Assembly (NCBI RefSeq): GCF_001194135.2
Contig: NC_068992.1
Span: 1,798,888 to 1,851,557 of the forward strand
DNA length: 52,670 nucleotides
Direction of reading: 5' to 3'
DNA from: Octopus bimaculoides
Lineage: Eukaryota
The notes under the pieces are model-generated. The model had not been told where the DNA came from and searched no databases. It worked only from the letters and a program-made list of their open reading frames with translations. The position numbers and the translations under genes were made by a program. Below are positions 24,016-38,135 of the stretch, piece after piece; positions within the stretch are counted from its first letter, which is position 1, and each line of letters starts with the position of its first letter.

Positions 24016-25340
24016 TGTAGTTATTGTAATGTAATGTAAGGTAAGCTTCTTTTCCAAGACTTTCAGTGCTTGCTCCCTTAGGAGTTATTGCATATGTTCT
24101 TAAAATGTTTCTGTCGTCTCTTCTTGAATGTTTGTTTGTTGGAACTCAATCTAAGGAACCAAACCGAATATCATAATATTCTTAGGAAGTCCTGATTGAT
24201 GTTTAATCACTCAAGGTTCGAATTGACTAGGTCCACCTATCTTATTACTATAGCAATTTCATCAAATTGCATCTCTTCTGTAAGATTCGACAGTTGAAAT
24301 TCGTATGTTAATATCTCGTTAGGTGGAGATTCTGGTATTGGACTAACGTAGAATCACTAATTGGGACATTCGGTTTGGTCAAAATGTCTACTGCATGAAG
24401 TTAAAAAGGATATGCTTGTAAAACAACGATTCTAACATAAGTAGCAGGCAAGTTGATATACTGATGATAGATACGAAACTTCCAATCCCAAGGTCTCCAT
24501 CATGCCCACGGAACCTTAGAAAACGAAAGCATGAATTCTCCTTATACGGAGATAATAAAACATAAACACCAGAGCAACAAAGTGATTATTGATCTCCCTT
24601 GATTCCACTCACTTAGTATGCATAAGCATATGTGCGTGTATATGTATGTTTGGTTGTATTTATGCTTGTATATCTACGCATACATAAGGGCGACCTTAAA
24701 TATGCTGTATGCTCCATGACTGAATGTCGTGCGAACACTTAATCACAAAAGATGAAATAATGAGAATAATTAAATTGTAGTTACTGAAGAACCTGCTCGA
24801 AAAACGCTTCGTACTACCTGCAAATCATAAAATGATGAATTCCAGGGAGGCGAAGAATTTAAAAACGAACTCGATCGATAATAATTTCTCTTACCTTGTC
24901 ACTCCGATTCGTATGAAACTTTTCTCTTGAGACTTTTGTCTAATTATATCAAACATACGTTGAAGTGATTTGCAAAAGCAGAACAGACTACAATTAATAG
25001 TTATGTAAATTACAATGTCACCTGTCAAAGCACCATTTGCATTGGTTGAAAAATGTCAACGAATCGTAAACCAACAAAGACTCTTTTATTTTTATTCCCT
25101 TACACACTCATCCAGTATCGTTGTTGCGCCTATGCTCCATCCTTTTCTACTTTTAGCACGTCTTCTATTTCTATTATTGTCTGCCCAAGTTTTTCTTTTT
25201 GTTATTTCTGAGTTATCAGAAAGCTTTATCAGGATGATTTTTAGAAACCAACAGATGAACTGCCATTTATGACACTGACGACGCGACAATGTGACAGGTT
25301 CGACTGGGAACATCATACACACACACACACACACACATAC

Positions 25341-25384
<44 letters not shown>

Positions 25385-25547
25385 ATATATATGTATATAT
25401 ATATATATATTATATCAAATGGGTAGAATGGACTTGTGTCAGATGCATAGACTTTATTCGTTATTCATACATTGTGTCATACAAAAATCAACCGTAGTTG
25501 TTTTTTTTATTTATCATAGCAGTCGTGTGTCCAATGATATGATAGTG

Positions 25548-25688
25548 ACTGGTACTTAATTTATCGACCCCGAAAGTATGAAAGGCAAAGTTGACCTCGG
25601 CTGAACTTGAACTCAGAACGTAAAGACAGACGAAATACCGCTAAGCATTTCGCCCGGCGTGCTAACGTTTCTGCCATCTTCCCGCCTT
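25548..25688 (-). mobile_element. SINE family A (head and body)
   Basis: ctggtacttaatttatcgaccccgaaag..gaactcagaacgtaaagacagacgaaataccgctaagcatttcgcccggcgtgctaacg. Confidence 0.92.
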
Positions 25689-26578
25689 AAATAAAGGATA
25701 TATTCTTTTCTACTCTAGGTTGTATCTGGTTGCCCAGATAAATAAATAATTAAATAAATAANNNNNNNNNNATATAATGCGTACGTTTAATAGAAATAAT
25801 TTTGCCTCAGACTAAATAAACCCTCTGAAAAAATTGATGTCTTTTTTTCTCTCTCGCCCTCTCTCTTTTTCTCCCTCTCTCTTTTTCTCCCTCTCTCTTT
25901 TTCTCCCTCCTTCTCTCTTTTTCACTCACTCACTCACTCTCCTTTTAACAGACTAACCGTCCAAACTATCGTAACTGCTTCCATCTGTGTTTGGCCGACT
26001 TCTCAACCATATTCGATTCTTTGAAATACAGGAAGCAGCTTACGAAAAATGCTATTAGTACCAGGCGCCAATTTTACTAATTTGCATACTATTACATTTG
26101 CTACTAACGAAATAATTAACTTAAGTGCTGATAAAGCGCATGTGTGAATTAATTGGAAATACGTTTACATACTACGTTTAATAAAACACAACTTTAGCCT
26201 TACTGCTAAATGAAATTAGCACCTATTGAGATAACATTTTTCATAATTACCTCTAAAATAATTTCTAACTCTCTCTATCGCTCTCCTTTCCTTCTCTCCC
26301 TCATCACTATATCTCTCTTCTCTTCTCTCTCTCCTTCTTCCTCTCTCTCTCCTTCTTCCTCTCTCTTTCTGTACAACACTAGTTCAACTGCTCCCCTATT
26401 TGTTGTGCAGATTTAGTCTCGTATTTTTACCACATTGGCTAATTCAATAACGCGATTAATGGTTTGTTTCATTACATCTCTACACACATTTACAAGTTAT
26501 CCTTTCAAATGTTGTGCATAAACAATGCATAATTATTTGAAATTTGCCTCCGTACTGAAAAAGAGAATTGAAGGAAAA

Positions 26579-26830
26579 TACGGAGGAGTGCTGAAAAGTT
26601 CCTGGATTTGCGTAAAAGAAAACGTCTCATCGTTCATTTCGGAAAACCGCCTTAACTTCATAGGTTACAGTACTGGGCTTCCCATTTTAACAAACTTCAC
26701 ATGTAATTTCTTCCAACCTAATCCTAGCTTGGTGGCAGCGCTTGGCGTAGTGGTTTGGGGGCCACTGGAATATGCGGCAAACATTCTGAGCACCAATCTA
26801 GAGAAATTAATTTTCTCAAAACCAGAGAGA
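26579..26830 (+). mobile_element. Mariner-type element left end or MITE fragment
   Basis: TA followed by CGGAGGAGTGCTGAAAAGTTCCTGG, resembling mariner TIRs of the TACGAGGG..CTGAAAAGTT type. The partner TIR was not found. Confidence 0.55.
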
Positions 26831-29077
26831 AGAATGTTAATACGTAGATTAAACATTCAAGCCATGAATGGAACTATAACATTCTATAAAACTTTCCAGA
26901 ATATTTGCATTTATGTAACTGTGTGCATGTCTAGACATGCGACATGATGCATGGGAATACATATATAAAACAAGACATGCATATATACACATGTACAAAC
27001 AGGGCACACACATAGAAATGTACAAAAATATCCGGTTGATATTGTTCAAATTCAATGGAATGAGACTTGGATATCAGATAAGAAGCGGCTCTTTCTATGT
27101 TGGCAAGAAACCTTGAAATAAACAAAATAATAACATACATATGTATTGTGTGTATAGGGGTTTATATTAAGAACCATTACTATGAAATCTCAAACGTGTT
27201 ATGCTATCTCATGCCTGATTCAATCGTATACGCTGTTAGGTTTCGCTATTTTCTGAAACTTATTTCAAGGCATATGATAGTCTTATATTAGGATAGATTC
27301 AACGGTTGAATCGTCATAAAGGGAAGGCTTTTCATAATTTATTCTTAAGAGGGTTGAAGGCTTGTGTGTGTATAACAGTGGAAAAGTCTTCCGGGGGCCA
27401 GATTCAAACACGTATACGCTTTGATGCTTTTAACAATATATACAATGAAAGAAACATAACAATTGCGTTTGATGTTATCAATTGTAGCATTTAGATAATC
27501 CAGCACTTGGATTATGAATGGCATATTTAGAAGGATTCCGTGCAAGCAGTTATCAAAGAAATTATAATACACATAAAACGACAAGAACTTAGGGCAAATA
27601 ATTATCGCTGAATCACACAGAGAAAAAAAATAATTGTCGGTAGATAATATAAATTCTATAGTTATTTATTGCTTTCATAAACAAATATCCAGACAATTTA
27701 TCTATACCTTTACATTCAGTAGTCTATCGTTTCCCAAATGCGTGATAAACAAAAAAATATGAATAAGCATACATATATATTCAAAACTAAATTTGCTTAC
27801 ATACACACTCTGTTATCGACTAAACAGACAAATATGGATAACTGAAACAGCCAAAACCTGGTACACATAAATTCACCGATTTCCTCACGCACATTACTCC
27901 AAAGCATACATAGGCAAACAGACACACATATATATATAGTAAAGAAACGAAAGTAACAAAAAAGATGGCAGTGCATAAATTCAACAAAGTTTACGCGTTT
28001 CAATGGCTATATAAACAATTTCATCACTATAGACACATGTTTGTACACAAACATAATTATGTAAATTTGTGTTATAATTAATTAAATAAATAACATGGTT
28101 ACCTCAACTATCTCGTCAGACGACTACAAGTTACTGTTTATTTTGTGAGAACTTCCGAGCAATAAATTAGATAGCATTCGTTCATCTCATCCAGGAATTA
28201 TTTGAGTAGATGGATAATGAAGATAAGCGACATATCTGACCATTTTTTTTTGATCTAGTACAAAATCACTAGCACCTTTGTGCAGTCAAGTTAAGAGGTC
28301 GACAGGTTTATTCGATGTACGTATAGTTATTGTGAGAAAGAAAGGAATTTGCGAATTAAAGCAGAACATCAAAGACATGGTAGTTCACTTCCACAATCTC
28401 TTAATTATCTGCAATGTAGGCTCCTTTCCTAAAGACATGAGATTTTCCAGGTACAGAATGAAATGAATAAAAAAGGTTAATTTGTAAATGTGTTTGCGTA
28501 CAGACAAAAGCACAGTTGTACAGAAGTGAAATATTGGTACATTATGAAGTTTTCTATTGAAAAATAATGAAATAAGCAAATATGGCTGATACTAATCAGA
28601 TAATGGAATAAACGATTAAAATTTGTTGTACTTCTTAACACAAATGAACGAGGATCAAAAATAATATAATCATTAAAAACAAGTAAAATGAAATTGAATA
28701 ACACAAAACGATGCTCAGTGCTGTAGGTAAGTACGTATAACTGTAGCCAAAAATATTCTTGGAAGAACTGTCTTATAGTTTGCAAAAGGTAGACGGAAAC
28801 AGTCGACAATATAGTTAAGAAATCAAATTAAATAATACAATATTTTAATCAATAGCAAAGGAGTATCTCAATTAAAGAAACAGATATATTTAGAATGGGA
28901 TAAATAATGTGAAAGATTCTGAGAGAACATTCAAGGGTAAAAGATAAAACGTGGCAGAGGTAAAGCGAGGGGGAACTCTGGCAAGAATTAATAGAGATTT
29001 GCTAATGAATAGAATGAATTGAGATTTACTGGTATTTGCTAAAGCGTTCTTCATAACATAAGTTTGAATAAAATACA

Positions 29078-29290
29078 GGTGGAGCTGGCAGAAACGTTAG
29101 CACGCCGGTCGAAATGCGTAGCGGTATTTCGTCTGTCTTTACGTTCTGAGTTCAAATTCCAACGAGGTCGACTTTGCCTTTCATCCTTTCGAGGTCGATA
29201 AACTAAGGACCAGTTGCGTACTGGGATTGATCTAATCAACTGGCACCCTCCCAACAAATTTCGGACCTCGTGCCTAGTGTAGAAAAGAAT
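29078..29290 (+). mobile_element. SINE family A, full length
   Basis: Head with A-box/B-box-like motifs, body gtcgactttgcctttcatcctttcgaggtcgataaa (resembles the conserved Meta-domain motif, from memory), tail gtgcctagtgtagaaaagaat. Confidence 0.95.
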
Positions 29291-30192
29291 ATAGGTAGTG
29301 ATACAGATACAAGTAGGAGAGAGAAGTGGTTGGGAGAGTGTACAAAATCATATATTGGGTAAATTTATATTAAATAAAAACGACACTAAAGGTCGACGAG
29401 GAATAAAACAATTGTTATTTTGCGGAATACTAAGAAAACGATGCAGAAACAGACACAGAAGTTTGATTGAAATGCCAATTAAAATGTAATATTTTTACGT
29501 ACATCAGAAGCTCGTAGAGTGCTAATTATGTGTAAAATCTCCTCTCAAACAAAGAATTTCAAAAACCCCAAGTGAGAACAGTAACATCTATGAGCAATAA
29601 CATTTACAAGACTTGTAAGTTTTATACAGATGTTAGTAAAGGCAAATGCAAGTTTCGAAAGAAATCTTTAGGAAAGGAAAATGATAGTAGCAACAATTTA
29701 CGCTATAGACAGATAAATACGCGCATTAACCATTCGGTGGAATAATGCTCCAGAATCTAATAGGTGGAAAAATATCTGAGTTCAGTTACGCAAATTTTCG
29801 TTTAAAGCTGATTTCTAATTGGCCAGAGCAGAGAAAATACCTGAGAACAGTGGACCACACTCCCAGGAGGCATATACATAATAATAAACATCAAAGAAAT
29901 ATAAATTACTGTAATACTAGACAGATAAATAAGAATACTTGTAAAATAGGTCATTTACGAATAAATAAACAAACGAGTTTACCTTCCATTTAAAGAGCTA
30001 AGTTATCTAAATAAATCTAATAAGCTCTCTGAAAATCACGTCATATGTCTAGAAAATTCGGTAAACAGGGACCAGTTATACATGGGTGGGGAGACTCAAC
30101 ATAAGGAGAACAGACTTAACCACCCTGAGAATATCAGTTGCCCATTGCATAACCAATCAATGTACAACCAATCATACGAATCTAAAACATGG

Positions 30193-30388
30193 TTCCAAAT
30201 TTTGGCACAAGACCAGCGATTTTGGTAGTTGTAAGTAGATTGCATTGACCCAAGTACTCTAATGGTACTTATTTTAACGACCCCGAAATGATGAAAGGCA
30301 AAGTAGACCTCTTCTGGAATTCGAAACTCAGAACGAAATGCCACTAAGCATTTGCTCGGCGTGCTAACGATTCTACCATTTCGTCGCG
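30193..30388 (-). mobile_element. SINE family A, diverged
   Basis: ggcacaagacc..ggtacttattttaacgaccccgaaatgatgaaaggcaaag..ctaagcatttgctcggcgtgctaacgattct. Confidence 0.88.
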
Positions 30389-30849
30389 TTTTACTAATCT
30401 AGATAATGACAACAAAGCCAATAGAACTAAATTCACGTGGTTAAAGAATATTTGCAGATCTCAGGTAGCATCGGTTATACAAGGTCATTTCTTTAGGCCA
30501 TTGCATAAACGTTTCCCCCAGCTTGAGTAGAAATGCTAGGAAATTTACGTAAGTCCCAACACAACACCGAATGTAGAATATAGCCGCGAAAGGAAGAAAT
30601 TAAATATATCTACCTTTCATTTTTTATTGGTTTCAATATTAGGCCACAGCCATACTAGGGCCCCGCCTTGATAAATCTATTATTAATGATACAACACTAC
30701 TTTTAAAATTTGAAGCGGCAAATAACGAGCAATATCAGTAAAAATGATACATCACTGAGTTAAAAATGGCGTAAATAATAGTGCATGTTGAAACGATCGT
30801 AACATTATGCATTACCATACACTTTTTCATTCGCCTCTTTACTTTCACA

Positions 30850-30884
30850 GTTATATATATGTACGTATATATATGTGTGTGTGT

Positions 30885-30927
<43 letters not shown>

Positions 30928-31236
30928 GTATATATATATATATATATATATATACGTATATATATATGTATATGCATGTGCATGTGTGTGTGTATGTACG
31001 TATGTATATGTATGTAATTGCATATTTGTGTGTGTATGCATGCATGTGTGTGCCTACAATGCGATGCAAATGCGAGGAAGCACAATGTGAGCAACGATCT
31101 ACAACCTCGTCCGATTGCTTGATCGATAGTGCCGTACATATATACACACGCACACATATATTTCCATACATCATTTACATATATACATATATATATATAA
31201 ATAAACTAATATATACATACACACATACACACACAC

Positions 31237-31285
<49 letters not shown>

Positions 31286-31290
31286 GGCAT
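30850..31290. repeat. Compound (TA)/(TG)/(CA)n dinucleotide region
   Basis: Directly visible. Confidence 0.95.
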
Positions 31291-31649
31291 AAACACACAC
31301 GCACACTCTTTGTGAGTGTACGTAATGGATGTGCTGTTCTTTGGGAAATATCTCTAGTTTATGAACACCACTTTAAAATTACAAAATTACTACTTCGCTT
31401 TATCTATAATATATTCTCTCCATGACTGCTGTGTGTTACTAAAAAGATTTATATCGGAGAACGGGATGTAAAAAGATAATAAATTTAACTGGATACGTCA
31501 AAGTATATCCATTCAAAAATAAACATTTTTTTTTTTGCTGTTATTTCTTACCTGATAACTAAAACAAACAACAACCCTGACAATCGGGCAGTGTTCATAG
31601 CATTCATGGCAACAACGTGAGGGACAGCGGCGGCAGCAGCTACAGTTCA

Positions 31650-31650
31650 C

Positions 31651-31687
<37 letters not shown>

Positions 31688-31886
31688 AAGAAGAAGAAGA
31701 AGAAGAAGAAGAAGAAGAAGAAGAAGAAGAAGAAGAAGAAGAAGAAGAAGAAGAAGAAGAAGAGAGTAGTAGCAGTAAACGCTGCAGAAACAGTTTTATT
31801 ATCATTAATGTTATTGTTGTTGTTATTATCATTATTTGTTGAGTAGTACCAGCAGAGGCAGTAATAATAGTAGCAGCAGAAGCAGC

Positions 31887-31945
<59 letters not shown>

Positions 31946-31960
31946 CAGCAGCAGCAGTAG
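31650..31960. repeat. Compound (GTA)n-(GAA)n-(GCA)/(GTA)n trinucleotide region
   Basis: Directly visible. Confidence 0.97.
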
Positions 31961-32712
31961 CATTTGTGATTGTTGATTTTACGGCTGTGGTAATGGTAGT
32001 CTCCCTCGCCAACCCGTATGTTTTGGCACTATATTTAATTAGGAAACTAAAAGAAAAAATCATCTTTCACGGAAAAAATAATAATAATAAATACTATTTG
32101 AAACAAGTAGACCGACAGGAATTCAATGAGATAATAAATAATTTCCTAAAAACTAGAGAATGGATGTGTTTTAGTATGGCATGGCTAGTAAAAATGTCTA
32201 ATGATTCTCACACAGATATTTTTATTCTCTGCCTCACTTTAATCTAACTCTCCTTTGAGAGGTTTTCTATTGCTTTTTGCTGACATGGATAGTCAAATAT
32301 AACCAAATGTTTGTGTTTATGTACGCTCGCTTATACCTTCAAGGACATAATGCACAACTCAATCTGCGTACTTACTCTACCTCATAGACGTAGCAACCGA
32401 ATTTCCATAAACCTACACTTTACTACCTGCGAACGAACGGTAGCTGTCCATAGAATAGCGAACTACTAGACCATTAGAGAAGGAAAGAAGTAGATCTTTA
32501 ATAGAGGCAGCGAAAGCAAGTTAATAATAATGATGAAGATAGAGAGAAACCAAGACTGATCGCAAGGAATACGTAGATACATACATTTCTTGTGATAGAG
32601 GAATATAGATAGAAAAGAATGACCGGTCCCTATATGGGTAGTCAGTGAGGATCATGGGTGGTATGGGGAAAACTATATGTATGATGGTGATAGTAAATGG
32701 GCAAGTATCATT

Positions 32713-33004
32713 AAACGAGGGTTCCAGTTGATCCGAACAATGGAACAGCATTCTCGTGAAATTAACATGCAAGGGGCTGAACGTTTCACAGACACGCGTA
32801 GCCTTAATGTAGTTCTCAGAGAGAGTCATTGTAACACAGAGTGTGAAAAGGCTGATCGTTTGCAATACAGGTACGATTCATTTTCCCCAGCTGAGTGGAC
32901 TGAAGTAACGTGAAATAAAATGCCTTGCTCAAGACACCGCCGGCAATCGAACTCCTGACCTTACGATCCCGAACCGAATATTTCAACCACTAAGCCGCGC
33001 ACCT
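32713..33004 (-). mobile_element. SINE family C1: tRNA head, CORE-like body, shared 3' tail
   Basis: Minus strand: cggcttagtgg (A box), gagttcgattgcc (B box), gtcttgagcaaggcattttatttcac..gtccactcagctgg (CORE-like), then a tail collinear with 51643-51810. Confidence 0.85.
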
Positions 33005-33925
33005 TGATATTAGAATCATCAGTTATCCAGAGAGCCAATGAGGGTAGGAATTACGTACGAGTAAAAAGGATATCAAGTCTCTACAGCAGTTAATTTATGG
33101 AGGGCAGTGCGATTATTGTGGGAAGGAGAGGGTTATGTATAGGGGGTAGATGCCGGAAATTCTAGAAGCAATTGTACTCTAAGATTGAAAACCATGAAGC
33201 TACAATGGGATCCGAGAGCGCCGTAAATGTGTGTTTCCTGATAGTTGCCAAAATAAGGAAATTATTTATTTTAACAATAAGGAAATAATGTTTAAAATTG
33301 TTAATTTCAGTGAATATTATGAGTGTAGTTAAGAGTAGCTAAGGAGTAGGATCAAACAGATCTTTAAGTTAGTCTATCATCACAGAATATCTAAAGTGGT
33401 TACTAAAATATGTTAAGTGAGCGCTAGAGAATAATATTTAATTAAGTCGTTGTAATTACAATCAGAATGGATTGTAGAATTACGAATTAGGTAATATGGA
33501 ATTGTAGAGAGTTCGAGTAAATAATTCATTTAGAACTGGTGAAGTGAATAAAGATATCAGATAGATATATTAAGTGATAGTCAAATGAAAGATGACGAAT
33601 AAAGTGATGTGTTACGGTTTAAATTAAATTAAATTAAGTAAGTAGGCTTATGAAGTACTTCTATTTTATGTGGCAGACACTTAAGTTGAGTAATTCAAAG
33701 CACTACATTTACATTTGTGAAGAAATTGGAAAGTTTTGAAGATTTATTCTGTTTGCCATATTTAAAGGAGCACAAAATTGAAAGTTGTACCGATGTAGGC
33801 ACAGTTACAACGTATTTTACAGTTGCGTCCATTCCCTATAATATAGGGCCTATATGATCTTTTGTAAAATGGCTGTTGCTGTGTTATCACTGGATCTGTC
33901 ATATATATATATATCATATATATAT

Positions 33926-33964
<39 letters not shown>

Positions 33965-34387
33965 CCTATTTGCTATATTCTAGGGTATTGTAAGTGTTAT
34001 ATATAATATTATTACTCGTAATATGAGTTTTAGTATTAGCTATTGTTGCAATATTGGTGATCGAGAGACCGGATGTGCTAGTGAAGTTCCAGAACTGATA
34101 TGACAAAAGACACATTTAATAATTTAGATCATTTCAAGTTATTTCTCCTTTTATTTCAGCATGCTTAAATTGTGATTTTAATCGGTAGCATATTTTTTAT
34201 AGAATTTTATATACGTACTGGTTTTTATACCTGATAAATTTCTCAAAGTATATTTTCAAAGTGTTAATGTAAGTTTATTCGTGTTAAACCTTTTAACCTT
34301 TAAAAATTAAAATTTTCGTGTATGTGTGTGTTTACATAAAAATGCACGTGCATGCTTGCACAAAATCACACAAACAGAGAGATAAAA

Positions 34388-34482
34388 TATATACATACAT
34401 ACATACATACATATATACATACATATATACATACATACATGCATACATACATACATACATACATACATACATACATACATAC
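34388..34482. repeat. (CATA)n tetranucleotide microsatellite
   Basis: Directly visible. Confidence 0.95.
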
Positions 34483-35076
34483 ATTTCCAAGTCACGCGAA
34501 TATCCAGAAAATGATATGAAATTCCAGTTGAAGCAGTTGATACTTTCTAGAAATTAAAAACGAGTGATAGATTTATTAATAATGAAACTTCTTTGACTCT
34601 ACATCAGGAAAATGTAGAACAGAAGAAGCACTTGATCTTACATTTAATATGATATGTATGTGTGTGTAAGTGCGTAAATATGTATATACGCATATGTCTG
34701 TCTCTCCTTATACATGTACGCATGCGTTTATGTAAGTTCGCTTGGAGCAGTAATCAGCTTTGCTTATGTTTATTGGAATTGTACATAATTACAATCGACT
34801 GAATTCTTTATATTTAAAAATTTTAAGCATAAAGATTCAATTAGGGATTTAATGTATTCAATTAAAATTTTAAATGAATTGTTTTCAAAGCGGGCTGGCA
34901 ATACTGGGTTGGTGTGAAATTTAGATTAACACGGAGTTATAGTATTCAAATATATATATATAACGTTATATAGAATATCCGAAATGCTTAGTCCATAACC
35001 TTCTCTTGAGAAGATATGCACCTCTGGAGTACTACACTATAAAATTTTACCATTTAAAACTGAAACAATTTATATA

Positions 35077-35215
35077 TTTCCGCCGAGGTCGACATTGCCT
35101 AATTCCTTTCGGGGTCAATAAATTAAGTACCAGCTGTGTATTGGTTTCGGTCTAATTGACTGGCCCCCACTCCCCAAAAAATTCGGGCCTTGTGCCTAAA
35201 GTAGAAAAGATTATC
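35077..35215 (+). mobile_element. SINE family A, 5'-truncated
   Basis: ttccgccgaggtcgac..cctttcggggtcaataaattaagtaccag..gggccttgtgcctaaagtagaaaagatt. Confidence 0.9.
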
Positions 35216-36339
35216 ACTGGCATACCCGATCGCAAATTAAGTTTTACAGATTTTAAAATTTGAGATCATTTGAGCGAGAATCCGGTATATTATAAGATTC
35301 CGAAATGATAACAATTTGGTGGGGACATCTCCTATGTGTGGTGTGTGTGTATGTGTGTGTGTTTGTTTGTGCGTGTATATATATATATATATACACATAT
35401 TGTTACATTAGTATGCCTGCATATATGAGCAAACTTATGATAGTTGAATATATTCGCAGAGTATGTGAATTTGAGTGTATGTGTATATGTATACATGCAT
35501 ATATATATATATATATATANNNNNNNNNNNNNNNNNNNNNNNNNNNNNNNNNNNNNNNNNNNNNNNNNNNNNNNNNNNNNNNNNNNNNNNNNNNNNNNNN
35601 NNNNNNNNNNNNNNNNNNNNNNNNNNNNNNNNNNNNNNNNNNNNNNNNNNNNNNNNNNNNNNNNNNNNNNNNNNNNNNNNNNATATATAAATATATATAT
35701 ATATATAACGTTAGATAGACAGACAGACAAGTGAGAGAAACAAAGATATATAGAAAGGTGGGAAGGAAGAAAGAAAAATTAAATAGAGGGGAACATAGAT
35801 ATGTATCTTTATATAAAGATGTATGTATGCATTGATATTTCTAACTTTATATGTTACAGATTGCAAAATCTAACATATTAACACATGACCATCGGAATTC
35901 TCAATCGGTGTTTCCTTTCGCCATCGCCATCACACATCAGCTCCGTTCTTTGTCTGTGAGATAAGCTGTGTGTATTACGCCATAGCAAAACAGGGAAGAC
36001 ATAAAAAGTACTTCATGCTATATATTTATTTTTACTATTATCTGTGCAATTTCTATTTCCTACCATATATCTTCCAGTGAAGCCTGCCATTTGTAAATAT
36101 AGGCCCACCCTATCAACACCTGACAAAACACGCACCGCCCAATTTTATTGCTAAAATTGTACATCGCTGGAATAAGAAAGATAACCATAGCGGCATAATG
36201 TCATCTATTTTCCAGCAAACACAAATCTCCTGATTTCTAAGCCCTATTGATTCAATACGATGTTGGTCATTGTTAGTCATTTTCAGATCCTCTCCACTCT
36301 TCGTTTCCTTTCTGTTTTCTTTCTTTCTTTCTGTCTAAT

Positions 36340-36361
36340 ATATGTGTGCGATTGTGTGTGC

Positions 36362-36442
<81 letters not shown>

Positions 36443-36608
36443 TGTGTGTGTAATGCATACACGCTCGCGCAAACTCACGTACACACGCGCACATACTCTC
36501 CTGCTACATGAAGTCATTAGCAATACATGTAAAAATTAATGTTCAGCTAGCGGTATTGAGTTCTCTTTCTTCCGTTTATACCACCACAGCTACGTATCTA
36601 TACATGTG

Positions 36609-36658
<50 letters not shown>

Positions 36659-36659
36659 C

Positions 36660-36742
<83 letters not shown>

Positions 36743-36868
36743 CATATATATATATATTTATATACACATGTATATATACATACATACTTACACGCACATT
36801 CTTTCTCGCTGTTTATGTATTTCATGTTGTTTGAACCGTTGGTAACGTCCTGTACCCACATATGCATG

Positions 36869-36899
<31 letters not shown>

Positions 36900-37010
36900 C
36901 ATACATATATATGTTTATATATATATGCATATGTATATAACTATATATGTGTGTGAGTGTATGTATATATGTGCGCGTATATTATGTATACATACATATA
37001 TGTGTGTGGG
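36340..37010. repeat. (TG)n, (CT)n and (TA)n microsatellite cluster
   Basis: Directly visible. Confidence 0.95.
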
Positions 37011-37554
37011 TGGGGTGATGAATGCATCTTTATCAGGTTGATCTTATCTCATGCTNNNNNNNNNNNNNNNNNNNNNNNNNNNNNNNNNNNNNNNNNNNNN
37101 NNNNNNNNNNNNNNNNNNNNNNNNNNNNNNNNNNNNNNNNNNNNNNNNNNNNNNNNNNNNNNNNNNNNNNNNNNNNNNNNNNNNNNNNNNNNNNNNNNNN
37201 NNNNNNNNNNNNNNNNNNNNNNNNNNNNNNNNNNNNNNNNNNNNNNNNNNNNNNNNNNNNNNNNNNNNNNNNNNNNNNNNNNNNNNNNNNNNNNNNNNNN
37301 NNNNNNNNNNNNNNNNNNNNNNNNNNNNNNNNNNNNNNNNNNNNNNNNNNNNNNNNNNNNNNNNNNNNNNNNNNNNNNNNNNNNNNNNNNNNNNNNNNNN
37401 NNNNNNNNNNNNNNNNNNNNNNNNNNNNNNNNNNNNNNNNNNNNNNNNNNNNNNNNNNNNNNNNNNNNNNNNNNNNNNNNNNNNNNNNNNNNNNNNNNNN
37501 NNNNNNNNNNNNNNNNNNNNNNNNNNNNNNNNNNNNNNNNNNNNNNNNNNNNNN

Positions 37555-37592
<38 letters not shown>

Positions 37593-37888
37593 TATTTACG
37601 TAATACACGGCGTATAGCCTTACAGATTATTTAAACAATGTAAAACATTTGAAGAAAACGGTACAGTGATCTATCTCAGTATTAACCAACGTAGACCTTT
37701 TTACAAAAGAATCTAATCTTCTCTGCAGGAGAGCTGATTTAGAGCCAAACTCGCGTTGGAGTGTTTGGTGGAGGAAATCTGAAAAGTTAAAGAAAATGTT
37801 TGAAATCACAAGAGAATACAGATTACGCTTTAAGTGTTGATGTTATAAGACACGTACACCCACAATTTCACCGAAATTATTTCTCTCT

Positions 37889-37934
<46 letters not shown>

Positions 37935-38043
37935 GAGTTTTCTTGTTTCATTAGATCACCCTCTTATATTTTCCTTTTTACAAAACACATCGTAACTACT
38001 CCACTCTTTATTGATCCTTGAATCCTCTCCTTTAAACGGGGGA

Positions 38044-38135
38044 CGTCTGTGTTTTGATTGGGAGTGGTCTGCGTTTTGAATAAGAGAGGTCTGCGTTTTG
38101 AAAGGAAGGTGGGGGTCTGCGTTTGAATGGGAGAG
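38044..38135. repeat. Four-unit minisatellite with core GGTCTGCGTTTTGAA
   Basis: Core repeated four times at about 21-26 bp spacing with short purine-rich linkers. Confidence 0.85.

Noticed and set aside
24060-24230. Possible additional R4/Dong 3' end
   Set aside because: Only faint similarity to the terminal motif; not supportable by eye.
24470-24500. CTGATGA..CGAAAC hammerhead-like core
   Set aside because: Neither stem I nor stem II pairs.
26525-26947. 140-aa ORF
   Set aside because: It runs through the non-coding mariner-like terminus and has no recognisable domain.
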